Shown: piece by piece, positions 9,043 through 17,955 of the stretch
How the letters are laid out: the number at the start of each line of letters is the position of its first letter
Numbering within the stretch: the first letter of the stretch is position 1
NCBI RefSeq assembly: GCF_006345805.1
Contig: NW_021836545.1
Coordinates: 1 to 23,711, forward strand
DNA: 23,711 nucleotides
Origin: Octopus sinensis
Lineage: Eukaryota
Direction of reading: 5' to 3'
Position numbers and translations under genes: made by a program
The notes under the pieces: model-generated
Databases searched by the model: none
The model's input: the letters and a program-made list of their open reading frames with translations, nothing else
Told to the model about the DNA's origin: nothing

Positions 9043-9566
9043 ACAACAAACAAGATGAGGACAAATATCTGTCAAATGTAAATAATGTAAATAATGTATA
9101 AAATAAGAGCTTTGTATGTCTAAATGTTACGATTTAATTTTGTTGTTGATGACGAAACCGTGTGGAAAGAAAACTCACTTTTTTGAGAATTGGAATAGAA
9201 TATTTGAGCGTTTTAACGGCTTCATATCAAGAAGATATTAATTCTAAGATGGGATTAGGGAGGATTAAAGTGTTTTGAAAAATAACTTCTCATATTAGGC
9301 AGAAATACGCACTAGAAACGGCTTGTTGAAAGAAGGGTATGCTTTCATAAAATACGTTATTTGCCATTTAATTTCACTCTATGTATGATTACATTAAACA
9401 TAGATGATGAAGTTAAAACTGCATATTTATATATAACGACCTCTGAATGAATGTCGAAAGTGTACACACTTTTGCGTAACTAAATTTAAAATAATTCAGT
9501 CATGAAGTATTTTTAAGAAGCTGTGCAGTGAATAACGCCGGTTTCGTAATCATATGTGTGAATATA

Positions 9567-9927
9567 TTGGGTTGTCCGGAAAGTTCGTGCCGATTTATAG
9601 TAGCTTACATTTCGACTTATTTTAGAACATGGTTGAGTCCATAAAATAGGATTTGACTACATCTCCATTTAGAGCACAGTTTAAGCTATCTTTTCGTGGA
9701 AGAAGATTTATCTTCCTATAACCTGTGTTAATTCTGTAACCCTTTAAAATGGAAGATAAGAAAGTTCATTTTCGGCACTTGATGCTTTGGGAAGCAGACA
9801 AAAATTGCTGCAGCTCGGCTGGCATATATTACTCCACACTCCATGTTCACCAGATATTGCTCCTTCGGATTTCCACTTATTCAGGTCTCTGCAGAATAGT
9901 CTTAATGATAAAAAATTCAATTCTTAA
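9567..9927 (+). mobile_element. Internally deleted mariner transposon (left TIR, transposase start fused to C-terminal segment)
   Basis: TA followed by the TIR-like TTGGGTTGTCCGGAAAGTTCGTGCCGATTT; ORF start MEDKKVHFRHLMLWE (9749); then in another frame QKLLQLGWHILLHTPCSPDIAPSDFHLFRSLQNSLNDKKF (the mariner HPPYSPDLAPSDYHLF motif). No right TIR was found. Confidence 0.92.
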
Positions 9928-10563
9928 GTGAGTAGTTAATATAAATGTAGGCAAATCTGATATTTTTGTTTGTGTGTGTGTGTAGGTTTTAGGTGTTTTC
10001 TCGTCTGGTCTTTGAATGTGAAGTATGGATTTTGTAATGCTTGAGATTCTATTCTCACAATTATATCTCAATCCTTTGCAAACTCATAGCTTCTGATATG
10101 ATGTAATAATTTTTTTTTTATATGCATTGGTAATTATCTGTAAGAGAAATATATGGCAGACTTAATGGTAAATTTCATAAGAATTTTTAGAATCATCTGA
10201 CTGCGCAAAGATATAGTTTTTGACTACCGAACTTTATTTAATTTAGATTTCAAGACATAATATATTTCTTGGTAGTGTGTATAAGTTTTATATTTTGATC
10301 ATACGAAAATATTTATATTGAATTACTATAGTTTCATCTTTCGGGTTATCAAGCTGTATCGAGGCTGTTTTCAAAAAAATATTACATTTATAATGCTTAA
10401 GGACAGAAGTAGAGGTACGCAATGAGGAAAATACAGAGAAAAAATTGGGTCGTAGATAAATCTGTAATAAGAAAGAAAGAGTAACGGGATAAAAGGAGAA
10501 GTTACCTCTTATTAATCAGATAGATCGATTAACACGGACGAATTAAAATCATTTTCATGGCAC

Positions 10564-10866
10564 CGTGAGTGTCGCGTTGCTCTCAAGCAACTATGTCGTC
10601 CTGGGTCGACCTTGAGTGACTTCAACACAACCAAAGCATTCTATAGGAAATTAGTGGAGGGGAGGTACGACGACGATCTCGGGGCGAACCAGGGCGTCGA
10701 CGAGGAATACCTGACCCGCCTGTTCAAGACGACTTTCGTGACGGGACCTATGGACAACTTCCAGAGATCCCTGGCCTGGCAGTGCTACCGAGAAGCGCTA
10801 CCCATTCGGGATAAGCTCTACAGACACGGCTCGAGAAACACGGGGCCGACCTGCCCGAGATGCGGT
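10564..10866 (+). mobile_element. Tx1/L1-clade LINE ORF2 fragment with zf-RVT-type zinc-finger start
   Basis: RECRVALKQLCRPGSTLSDFNTTKAFYRKLVEG...FQRSLAWQCYREALPIRDKLYRHGSRNTGPTCPRCG fits the W......LP....L.......CP.C motif before the C-terminal CCHC finger. The frame is open and GC-richer than the flanks, and truncated after CPRCG. Confidence 0.8.
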
Positions 10867-10904
10867 CTTTTTTTTTCTCCCCGAAAAGAAAAGCTCTACT
10901 TTGT

Positions 10905-10949
10905 AATTTGTCCCCTCTGTGTTCAGCCCTGTATGGCTAATAAAGAAAC
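10905..10949 (+). mobile_element. Isolated SINE 3' tail
   Basis: tttgtcccctctgtgttcagccctgtatggctaataaagaaac aligns with the tail of the 17148-17335 SINE (tttgtcctctctgtgtttagccctttgtgggtagtaaagaaag). Confidence 0.75.
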
Positions 10950-11617
10950 CTAAAATTATTTTCAGTAAAACGGTGTAATGACGAAAGAGTACGATCACGA
11001 ACAGAAGGGGCAGGAGTGGGTTCCTCCGAAGTTCTCTGGAGTAACGTTACTTGGCAAGATGCGTATCTCGAATTGCAACAGGAAAACGATCGCAACAGAG
11101 ATTCCTGAAGCCCAACCAACCGCCATGGGACCAAGAGGTAGACCAAAAAAGGAGATGGTTGAATACAAGCCATTTCAGTTAGGAACGCTGGGTGATCCAA
11201 CTGGAAAGTTACCTTCCCGAGTCATACCGACTCATAAGAGCTTCATAGCGTATAAATACCCCACCTGCCGCAGCAACACCAACGAAAATAAACTATAGGG
11301 TAACAACGACGGAACCTTTAGGTGGTTGCCTGCCTTTGTGGAAACAGTAGCGAAGTCCTACTCGTTCAATATTAAGAGATATGACACATTAGATAAAGTA
11401 GTTTTAGATACACTATTCCCTAACAAAACATCGATTAGTTTAGATTTAGTTTTAAGATATATCCCGTGATTGTTATAAGATCAGTGCCTTTCAACCTCAG
11501 ACCCCTTCGCCCAGTTGACCCAACCGGGGTTCATCAATTCCCAATTTGCATCCCAGTAGCAGCAAACCACCGGTCTGTCTTTTTTATCCAAGAGCCTTAT
11601 TTAGAATACTTTAGAAT

Positions 11618-12258
11618 ACATACCGAACTACTTGGTAAAATTATTAATAATTAATTAATTAATTAATTTTACCCTATATTATTATTGATAATATAATTCT
11701 CTCCCTGATAGTAAACTACAGTTTTTCTGTAGAATTTTACTCAATAATACACGTGGGTATGTGAGGGAGAATACGAGATCTCATTCGTCTGTTTGAATTC
11801 AGAAGTACTGGTTATTAGATGTAGTGTCTGATGACGCTTGATCAGATAAGGTATGTTTAATTTTTTACAGTGCTATCAAATTTAAAATCTTGAAATACTG
11901 TCCTGAAGAGCGAGAATGATGGAGTTAAAATTTTGTTTTTGCATTTTTCACATCTATCTAACCCCGAAAATCAAAGTTGGGTGAATTCGTTATTTTTTCT
12001 CTTTGCCTACGTTGGTTGTTGAGTATTGTTGTCTGGGAGATTTTCTTATGGTAGAGAAATACCTAGTTTTAACTACTATTTAAAAATTTCGGTATATGGT
12101 GAAGCAAATTTTTTTGCTGAACCCTAATTATAATCATACTCATAATTATAAACAAATTTGTTTAAGTTTACCGATAATGGTTCATTTAACATATCGAACT
12201 ACTTGGTAAAATTATTAATTATTAAATAATTAATTAATTTTACCTATTATTATTATTG

Positions 12259-12265
<7 letters not shown>
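11618..12265 (+). mobile_element. Family B copy 2, with ~75-bp direct terminal repeat and degenerate hammerhead position
   Basis: acata(c/t)cgaactacttggtaaaatt...aattttacc...ttattattgataatat occurs at 11618-11694 and 12189-12265 (period 571). The body is homologous to 6375-6899. CTGAAGA (11903-09) and GAAA (11966-69) lie at the HHR-equivalent position without intact stems. Confidence 0.75.
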
Positions 12266-12301
<36 letters not shown>

Positions 12302-12302
12302 C

Positions 12303-12453
12303 ACGGTCTTTCACACAGTTTCCGCATAACAAATTCACCAACAAGGCATAAATCATCCACGGGCTGAAACAGAGGATCAAAATGCCGCAACGTGAGATTG
12401 AACCCGAAATCGCGTGACTACAAGCTGAGCTTCTTAACCACACTACTATGCCT
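12303..12453 (-). mobile_element. Diverged 5' part of the CORE-like SINE family
   Basis: cacagtttccg...caaggca...gattgaacccgaaatc...gcttcttaaccacac matches the head region of 13423-13878. Confidence 0.6.
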
Positions 12454-12719
12454 ATTTGTAAAGGTGAAAAAAAACACAGAATGGGCATGTTACCGTTAGA
12501 ATACTCTACTCAGAGTAGTTATGAATTTGGGTTTCCATGAAAATAAGCAACAAGAAATGTTACAGGATTATCACGAGGAAGTATAACTCATGAGCCTAAA
12601 ATAAAAGGGAAAATGCGTTCAGACTAAAAGGAACGCAACTACATACACACAGTTTCATATATACATATAGCAGATTAATGTAGAAAACATACGTAAGTAA
12701 TATGGAACCCTAGAATGGA

Positions 12720-13215
12720 GATAATACGATTCAGAAACATACAACCAAGAAAGATTTACGTAACAAAATCAATAAAACATTAAGAAAGAGTCCTCACCTC
12801 AGAAAAAAATAAGAAGGAAAAAATTTATAATTTAGTAAAATCTAGATTTTAGGATTCCCTGAAAAAAAATGTAATTCCGAAGATAAACAAACACAGAAGA
12901 AAACTACGAAAGAATTCTTACTCTTAAGGAAAATAGAAACAGCCAAAAAATAGATAACGTACGATATACATTGTATAATCCAGAAAAATTTCTACGGAGT
13001 ATATACAGAAGCCATAAAAAGAATCCGCGTAAAATACTAGACCTAAAGATATTCCACGTACAATTCACGTGGAGGTAGAAACAGACACAACTCACACACA
13101 CACACGCTACAACTATCTAAATAATATATACCTACGAAGACACTGAGCAAATTATCTACAGAGTTATAGAGCTACAGAGCTATAGAGTTAGAGTTCTTTA
13201 AAAGGATTCATAGTT
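12720..13215 (+). mobile_element. Possible very old CR1-type LINE remnant
   Basis: A-rich, with scattered translated similarity (IYNLVKSRF*D; QKKTTKEFLLLRKIETAKK*ITYDIHCIIQK; IIYRVI; FFKRI) in the expected order. Each match is individually weak. Confidence 0.3.
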
Positions 13216-13422
13216 ACAAATATTTATCTCTAGTTTCATAGGATTAGCCAGATACGAGAGAAAATATTTTCCTAGGGAAGAACGGCAGTCTATTATAGGT
13301 GACATTCTTAGGAGATATAGAGCCTATTTCTGGCAGTTAGGAGTACTACAAAACGTAGATTAGTTGCGAGAGATTTTACACCGCCTCTCGACAAGTTAGA
13401 AGCATCGGTTACAGTTGTATAC

Positions 13423-13711
13423 TCTTTTACTCTTTTATTTGTTTCAGTCATTTGACTTTGGTCATGCTGGAGCACCGCCTTTAGTCGAAGAAATCGACCC
13501 CAGGACTTATTCTTTGTAAGCCTAGTGCTTATTCTTTCGGTCTCTTTTGCCGAACCGGTAAGTTACGGGGACGTAAACATACCAGCATCGGTTGTCAAAC
13601 TACGTTGGGGGGGGGGCAAACACAGACACAAACATATACACACACACACATACATACATACATACATACATACATACATACATACATACATACATTACAT
13701 ACATACATATA

Positions 13712-13756
<45 letters not shown>

Positions 13757-13878
13757 GACGACAAGGCTTTGGTTGGCCCGATGCTATAGAAGAAGACACT
13801 CGCCCAAGGTGCCACGCAGTGGGAATGAACCCGGAACCATGTGGTTGGTAAGCAAGCTACTTAACACACAGGCACACT
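13423..13878 (-). mobile_element. Full-length tRNA-derived CORE-like SINE with internal (TATG)n/(TA)n microsatellite
   Basis: Minus strand: tRNA-like head with ggttcattccc, CORE-like ggcaccttgggcgagtgtct, internal microsatellite, 3' body ending gactgaaacaaataaaagagtaaaagagt. Homologous copies are at 17728-18180 and 21273-21708. Resembles octopus OR2-type SINEs (recalled, not searched). Confidence 0.88.
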
Positions 13879-14052
13879 GGGCAAAATGCTTAGCGGTATT
13901 TTGTCTTTACATTCTGAGTTCAATCCGCCGAATTTGACTTTGGTATTATTTCGAAGTCGATAAAATAAGTACCAGTTTAATACTGGGGTTGATATGATCG
14001 ACAATCTTCCTCCCCGGAACTTGCTGGCCTTATGACAAAATTTGTAATTTAT
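13879..14052 (+). mobile_element. 5'-truncated tRNA-derived SINE with Meta-domain-like core
   Basis: gggcaaaatgcttagcggtatt...ctgagttcaatccgcc...gtcgataaaataagtaccag...ctggggttgatatgatcgac; homologous to 14206-14396 and 17148-17335. Confidence 0.85.
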
Positions 14053-14205
14053 ATAGTGGACTCCATCACAGCCACTCAGAGACCAGGTGATGGCGATAAT
14101 CCAGATAATGGATTAAGTCAGCAGGTACGTAACAGGTACAATACATCTGATAATCTGCATAGTTCCTGTTTTCACAGTTTTATTCGCAAGACTCGGGGAA
14201 GTTAT

Positions 14206-14396
14206 GGCGAGCTGAAAGAAACTTAGCGCGCCGGGCAAAATGCTTAGCGGCATTTAGTGTGCCTCTGAGTTCAAATTCTGCCAAAATCAACTTTACCTTT
14301 CATACTTTCGGGGTCGATAAAATAAGTACCAGTTGAATACTGTCGTGTTCCCCGCCCCGAAATGTCTGGCTTTGTGCTAAAATTTGAAACCATTAT
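14206..14396 (+). mobile_element. tRNA-derived SINE with Meta-domain-like core
   Basis: ggcgagctg head, B-box gagttcaaattc, core ctttcatactttcggggtcgataaaataagtaccag, tail aaatttgaaaccattat. Confidence 0.88.
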
Positions 14397-14398
14397 AG

Positions 14399-14495
14399 CT
14401 ACTTGCCCAAAGTACCGCGTAGAGGAAACGAACCCAAACCCATTTGATGCTATATAAACTAAACCTTCTAAACTTCATGACCATACTTGCGTCAC
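14399..14495 (-). mobile_element. Diverged CORE-like SINE head fragment
   Basis: acttgcccaaagtaccgcgtagaggaaacgaaccc aligns with acttgcccaaggtgccacgcagtgggactgaacc of 21273-21708. Confidence 0.65.
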
Positions 14496-15281
14496 GGCCT
14501 TACGCTAAAACCGAATATCATTAAAGACAAAAACAAACGAATACAATAGCAGGCGTGTTGATAATAAATGGGACACTTTCGATCATAGGTCTGTTCGATT
14601 ATTAGAGAGAGAGAGAGAGCTGGTGAATAGAAGCGGCAGAAGCGGTGAAGGATAAACCACCGTCATCATTATCATCATCATCCTCGTCATCATCATCATC
14701 TTCATCATCAACAACAACAACAACAAACAAATAACGTGATACCATACTGCCATAAAAATCAATGCTGTCCAGCCTCTGTCAGCACTCTCAGAGCGAGAAA
14801 TCCCGTATATTAATCATGCTTTCTTACAAAATAGAATGCTTTATTGCTTATGAATAATGGAAAATTACATAAACTAAACAGAAAATAGAGTTTGTCTGGT
14901 AATATATTTTTCTTAATGCCATTACCAAACGGGTAGTGTTGCACACAGATAAAGTATCAAGCGCACAGATGCCGTTCTGTCGTTCTACCGTTCTACTATT
15001 CTGCTGTTCTGCTGTTCTGCCGTGACTTCAATTTTCAACGTCTTATTATTGGCTGAACGTAAATAATTGATTTCTTAGTTTGACACAAGCCGAAGTGGGG
15101 TGACTTAGGGGGGTGGAACGTCTAGTTAGGCGGTAATATAGGCGATAGAATCGACTGCATTATTTTGTTGGTGCTTCTGATAACGACACACTTCTCATCA
15201 CTCCTATTACCATTTCCCCCCCCCCGGAAACACGAAAAAAGTTGACTAATGGTTTTTGCAAGAATTGACCCAATACCGTCC

Positions 15282-15332
<51 letters not shown>

Positions 15333-15344
15333 GTAATAGTAATA

Positions 15345-15893
15345 ATGCTCTGATGCAGTACCAGGCAATGACTCTCTTGATTTCTACTGATTGGAAGTGT
15401 TATCATGTACATGTTTTGTTTTGGTATAGAAGATGGGCTACAGCAAATATTCTGCTCAATACTACAGATTTGCTTGTCAGTTGTTTGACCGTAACTGGTT
15501 GAGCATGTCCCTTAGTGGTTGACGATATGTGCATCTGTGATCACAAGCAGAAGTAGTTGGGGAGCAGCATAGGCATGTTTTGAAAGAAATTTTGTGGGTT
15601 TAGATAATTCATCTCTGGAAACATGGGTGGTTCGTTCAACGCTCTTAAACAACCCTTATTCTGGGACCTCTTGAGCAGGATGGCCTATTCGCCTTGAAGA
15701 AAATTCTAACTGGCACCCATCTTGAAGATCATGCATGCGCTGTTTATATTGGTATGGGATCACCATGTCGCGTACATATGGTTTTGATGCGTGTGGGTGA
15801 TGTGCCCTTTTCAGGGTAGTCATGATGGGTATATTGGGCTTCGTATATTTTATCCCAGTGTCACTTTGATGGTATGTGTTTCTCTCTCACTCG
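15345..15893. mobile_element. ~550-bp non-coding interspersed element embedded in (AAT)n at both ends
   Basis: Bounded by (ATA)n at 15282-15344 and 15894-15964. Its first ~110 bp recur at 15965-16085. Confidence 0.75.
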
Positions 15894-15929
<36 letters not shown>

Positions 15930-15964
15930 TAATAATAATAATAATAGTAATAATAATAATAGTA

Positions 15965-16085
15965 AATGTCCTGATGCTGTACCAGACAGTGGCTCTCATG
16001 GCTTCTGATCTTAACTGATTGGAAGTGTTATCATGTATATTGTTATGTCTTGGTATAAAAGATGGGCCACAGCAAATATTCTGCC
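15965..16085. mobile_element. Second, truncated copy of the (AAT)n-embedded element
   Basis: aatgtcctgatgctgtaccagacagtggctctc...actgattggaagtgttatcatgta...agatgggccacagcaaatattctgc aligns with the start of the first copy (from 15345). Confidence 0.85.
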
Positions 16086-16099
16086 AAATTTACTATCAA

Positions 16100-16231
16100 A
16101 GTTTTGGTCGAACCCAGAGCTACCGTAAAAGATACTTGCCCAATCTGCCGAATTGCCGACCAGTGGAACTGAACCTGCAACCGCTCCGTTCCCTTGCAAA
16201 GCGAGCAACTTAACCACACGGCCACACCTGT
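16100..16231 (-). mobile_element. Diverged CORE-like SINE head interrupting the second AAT-element copy
   Basis: gatacttgcccaa...cagtggaactgaacc...aacttaaccacacggccacacctg. Confidence 0.7.
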
Positions 16232-16639
16232 CCTTAGACGTAAAGATCCACGTAAAAATACGCATTACGCAATCAAGAAGACAACGTAATAACAGAATAC
16301 GAAAAACACACTATTTGTACAGCATTAGTCGCAAAAAAAAAAAACTGTAAGAACTGAAGATTATGCTATTCATGGAAACAACTATTACTTCTATGTAAAT
16401 TTTTTTTGGTTTTCTTTCCTTATTCAGATTAGAATTTAAATACTTCATACAAGTTCCAGCTTTTTCTCAAATACAGTACTCTGACAAAAAATTGTCTACA
16501 CTATTTTTAGTAATACTCTGTGTGTATCCCTCTCTATCTCTCTTCCCCTCTCTCACTCTTTCTCTCTCCCTCCTTCTCTCACTCTGTCTCACACACACTC
16601 ACCTTCTCTTCCTCTCTTATAATCGCACGCGCACTGTCT

Positions 16640-17040
16640 ATCTTTCTGTATGTATATATATATATATATATATACGTACACATACAGATATATACGTAAA
16701 TATATACGTACACATGCATATATATATATACATGTGTGTCTGTGTGTGTCTCTGAGTGTGTGTGTATGTGTGTGTGGTAATGTTTAGAATTTAGTCAAGT
16801 CAAATTTAACAAAAAATGACGATGAATATAATAAACAACAATTCATAAACCATGAAGAAAACCAACATCTATTATCTATAAATGGAATACATATATGGAT
16901 GTATGGATGAATGGATGCATGCATGCATGTGTGTATTTATATATACACATATGTATGTGTATATATATATATCTAACACATACATATATGTATACAGACA
17001 GACAGACATGTATATGTATATACAACACATATTTACACAC
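16640..17040. repeat. Compound (TA)n/(TG)n/(ATGG)n microsatellite field
   Basis: Direct reading. Confidence 0.85.
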
Positions 17041-17147
17041 ACGTTTAGAACATAGAGAATGCATTAAATATTTATTTGAAAATGTAGACTGATTTTATTT
17101 TCAGGTGCCTCTTCTACGTAGCTCAGCTTGTATATCATTACGTTATT

Positions 17148-17335
17148 GCTTATCGGTATTTCGTCTGCCGCTACGTTCTGAGTTCAAATTCTGCCGAGGT
17201 CGACTTTCCTTTCATCCTTTCGGGGTCGATTAAATAAGTACCAGTTACGTACTGGGGTCGATATAATCGACTTAATCTGTTTGTCTTTCATTGTTTGTCC
17301 TCTCTGTGTTTAGCCCTTTGTGGGTAGTAAAGAAA
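17148..17335 (+). mobile_element. 5'-truncated tRNA-derived SINE with Meta-domain-like core, long-tail variant
   Basis: B-box gagttcaaattc; gtcgactttcctttcatcctttcggggtcgattaaataagtaccag; tail ending gtaaagaaa. Confidence 0.9.
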
Positions 17336-17377
17336 GAGATCGTGTCTATGAAATATATAGAGTACATTATGTAATTA

Positions 17378-17690
17378 GTGGAGGCACAATGGCCCAGTGG
17401 TTAGGGCAGCGGACTCGCGGTCGTAGGATCGCGGTTTTGATTTCCCGACCGGACGTTGTGAGTGTTTATTGAACGAAAACACCTAAAGCCCCACGAGTCT
17501 CCGGCAGGGGGTGGTGGCGATCCCAGCTGTACTCTTTCGCCACAACTTTCTCTCACACTTTCTTCTGTTTGCCTGCTCGCTTAGCCAGCAGGGTGGCGTC
17601 AGTTGAAGGCTAAAACAATGCGAAGCACATTGTGACCAGCGATGTGTAGCAACATCTGATAGCCTGGTCGGTCACGGTGATCACGGTGAT
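17378..17690 (+). mobile_element. Full-length tRNA-derived SINE
   Basis: A-box TGGCCCAGTGG (17390-17400), degenerate B-box ggttttgatttc, tail (cacggtgat)x2. Near-TSD atgtaatta / atgtaagta. Confidence 0.9.
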
Positions 17691-17727
17691 GTAAGTATTT
17701 AAATGTAGATGGCTTTTACATTCAAGT

Positions 17728-17916
17728 TTAGTGGCGGTAGGTGGAAGCTTAACTTGTGTGCCACCGAAACCGTGGGTATTTGGGTTGAGTCCTACTACGT
17801 GACACATTTTACAAGTTTCTTTTACAAAATCAATGCCTTTGAGTGAGTTTCATAAATGGTAATGAGAAGTTTTTTGAAACAGGCGTTTGAATGTGAATGT
17901 CTGCTTCTGTGTGTGT

Positions 17917-17955
<39 letters not shown>

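Larger units (their letters stand above)
8377..9096. mobile_element. Palindromic element: head-to-head dimer of tRNA-head / triplet microsatellite / hammerhead-tail units, 13-bp target-site duplication
   Basis: 8407-8560 is the reverse complement of 8945-9098 with few changes, and 8598-8675 is the reverse complement of 8682-8746. A central perfect 19-bp inverted repeat surrounds a 6-nt spacer (8676-81). The identical direct repeat TATAAAATAAGAG lies at 8364-8376 and 9097-9109. Confidence 0.9.

Noticed and set aside
8377-9096. Interpretation of the palindrome as an ordinary MITE/foldback DNA transposon
   Set aside because: The ends are asymmetric by 30 nt, the flanking duplication is 13 bp, and each arm has tRNA boxes and an HHR. 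A retro-origin fits better, though a foldback origin is not formally excluded.
11828-11900. Extra CTGATGA in family B copy 2
   Set aside because: No closable stem II before a GAAA, and the equivalent position in copy 1 reads ATGATGA.
13160-13196. 8-bp-period minisatellites here (ctacagag-like) and at 14970-15022 (ctgttctg-like); short tandem duplications at ~3770-3793 and ~8155-8190
   Set aside because: Short local slippage products with no spacers or associated genes; not CRISPR-like.
16354-16400. CTGAAGA...GAAAC hammerhead-like string
   Set aside because: Weak 4-bp stem II, no GUH in register and no stem I complementarity; consistent with chance.
17090-17135. Strong acceptor-like ttttattttcagG
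   Set aside because: No convincing donor or recognisable peptide follows before the SINE at 17148; a single splice-like signal is insufficient.
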